Origin: a virus
Taxonomy: Duplodnaviria > Caudoviricetes
Virus record (IMG/VR): IMGVR_UViG_3300037448_000016
Span: 13,935 to 77,934 of that record
Length of the DNA stretch: 64,000 bases
Reading direction: 5' to 3' (one strand)
Of this stretch, positions 63,414-64,000 are shown one piece after another. Made by a program: the position numbers and the translations under genes. Positions within the stretch are counted from its first letter, which is position 1; the number at the start of each line of letters is the position of its first letter. The notes under the pieces were generated by a model. It did no database searches and was not told where the DNA came from. It was given only the letters and a program-made list of their open reading frames with translations.

Positions 63414-63928
63414 CCACCAGCCACCCCGTTTTCGAGACGAACACCGGCCGGGACCACAAGAACGCGGCCGGGTCCAGCCAGTCGGCTGACCGCGACCGCG
63501 CCGAACGAGCGGCCGGAACCGTCGAGGCCCGAAAGGCGATGATCGTGGCGCTGGTCCGGGATGCAGGCTTGATCGGCATGACCTGGAAAGAGGTCAGCGA
63601 CGTCACCGGCCTGCCGCACCAGAAAGTCACCCCGGCGCTGTCTAACCTGCACCAGGACGGCGTGCTGGTCGCGCTACGACACGACAAGCGCAACGGCTCC
63701 GGTGTCTACGTGACCCCCGAGCACGTGGCCAGCCGGATCGTGCGCACCTTCCGGCACAACAACTCCGGCAACACCGAGGCCCAGCGCCCCCGGCTGACGG
63801 CCGAAGAGGTCACCAGGATTGCCGACATCCGCGCCGGTCTGGCTCAGCAGTCCGACCAGCCGGTGATCCGCATCCGGCGCGAGACGCTCCGGCTGCTGCT
63901 GGCGGCCATTGAGCGGCTGAACAAGTAA
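63410..63928 (+). CDS. Winged-helix DNA-binding-like protein
   Basis: GMTWKEVSDVTGLPHQKVTPALSNL...RNGSGVY. Confidence 0.6.
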   Translation: MTTSHPVFETNTGRDHKNAAGSSQSADRDRAERAAGTVEARKAMIVALVRDAGLIGMTWKEVSDVTGLPHQKVTPALSNLHQDGVLVALRHDKRNGSGVYVTPEHVASRIVRTFRHNNSGNTEAQRPRLTAEEVTRIADIRAGLAQQSDQPVIRIRRETLRLLLAAIERLNK

Positions 63929-64000
63929 TGTCCCGCAGGTCGACGTCCCGGCCGGGCTCGTACGGCGCGACCGCGAATCAGGCACTGCGGGGGACGGTCG
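63928..64000 (+). CDS. Hypothetical protein (N-terminal part; runs off window)
   Basis: TAATG coupling. Confidence 0.4.
   Translation, partial: MSRRSTSRPGSYGATANQALRGTV

Larger units (their letters stand above)
1..64000. mobile_element. Siphovirus-like actinobacteriophage or prophage carrying a T4SS-like module
   Basis: Ordered terS-terL-portal-MuF-scaffold-capsid-connector-tail-TMP-lysis module plus phage-type replication and small early genes. Confidence 0.95.

Noticed and set aside
1-64000. Integrase, att site, CI-like repressor, family A/B DNA polymerase, rRNA
   Set aside because: No tyrosine or serine recombinase motifs or other signatures found in this window; they may lie outside it

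Overview
The whole window is high-GC DNA from a tailed siphovirus-type phage or prophage, most likely of an actinobacterium. The host is inferred from base composition, gene families and promoter style. Layout: (1) 1-5.7 kb (minus): replication genes (PD-(D/E)XK nuclease, Prim-Pol/SF3-helicase fusion, SLOG-like protein, RHH regulator). (2) 5.8-8.6 kb (plus): small early genes and a vWA protein. (3) 8.4-16.5 kb (minus): a compact, translationally coupled Gram-positive conjugation/T4SS-like operon (pilin-like, TcpE/VirB3-like, VirB4, VirB6/TcpH-like, VirB8/TcpC-like, VirB1-like hydrolase). It sits where a lysogeny module would normally be, and no relaxase or coupling protein is visible in the window. 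(4) 16.8-43.8 kb (minus): a complete lysis, tail, head and packaging module with an inserted secreted GH26-like glycanase. (5) 44.7-45.3 kb: a dense cluster of tRNA-like or structured RNA elements next to an HNH gene. (6) 46-64 kb: many small early genes driven by more than 20 copies of one promoter/operator family (TTGACAAC-N3-CTGAC), five copies of a covarying three-way-junction RNA motif, a DExH helicase and an ArdC-like protein. No integrase, classical repressor, family A/B polymerase or CRISPR array was seen. All protein family calls come from motif recognition by eye and have not been checked by database search.
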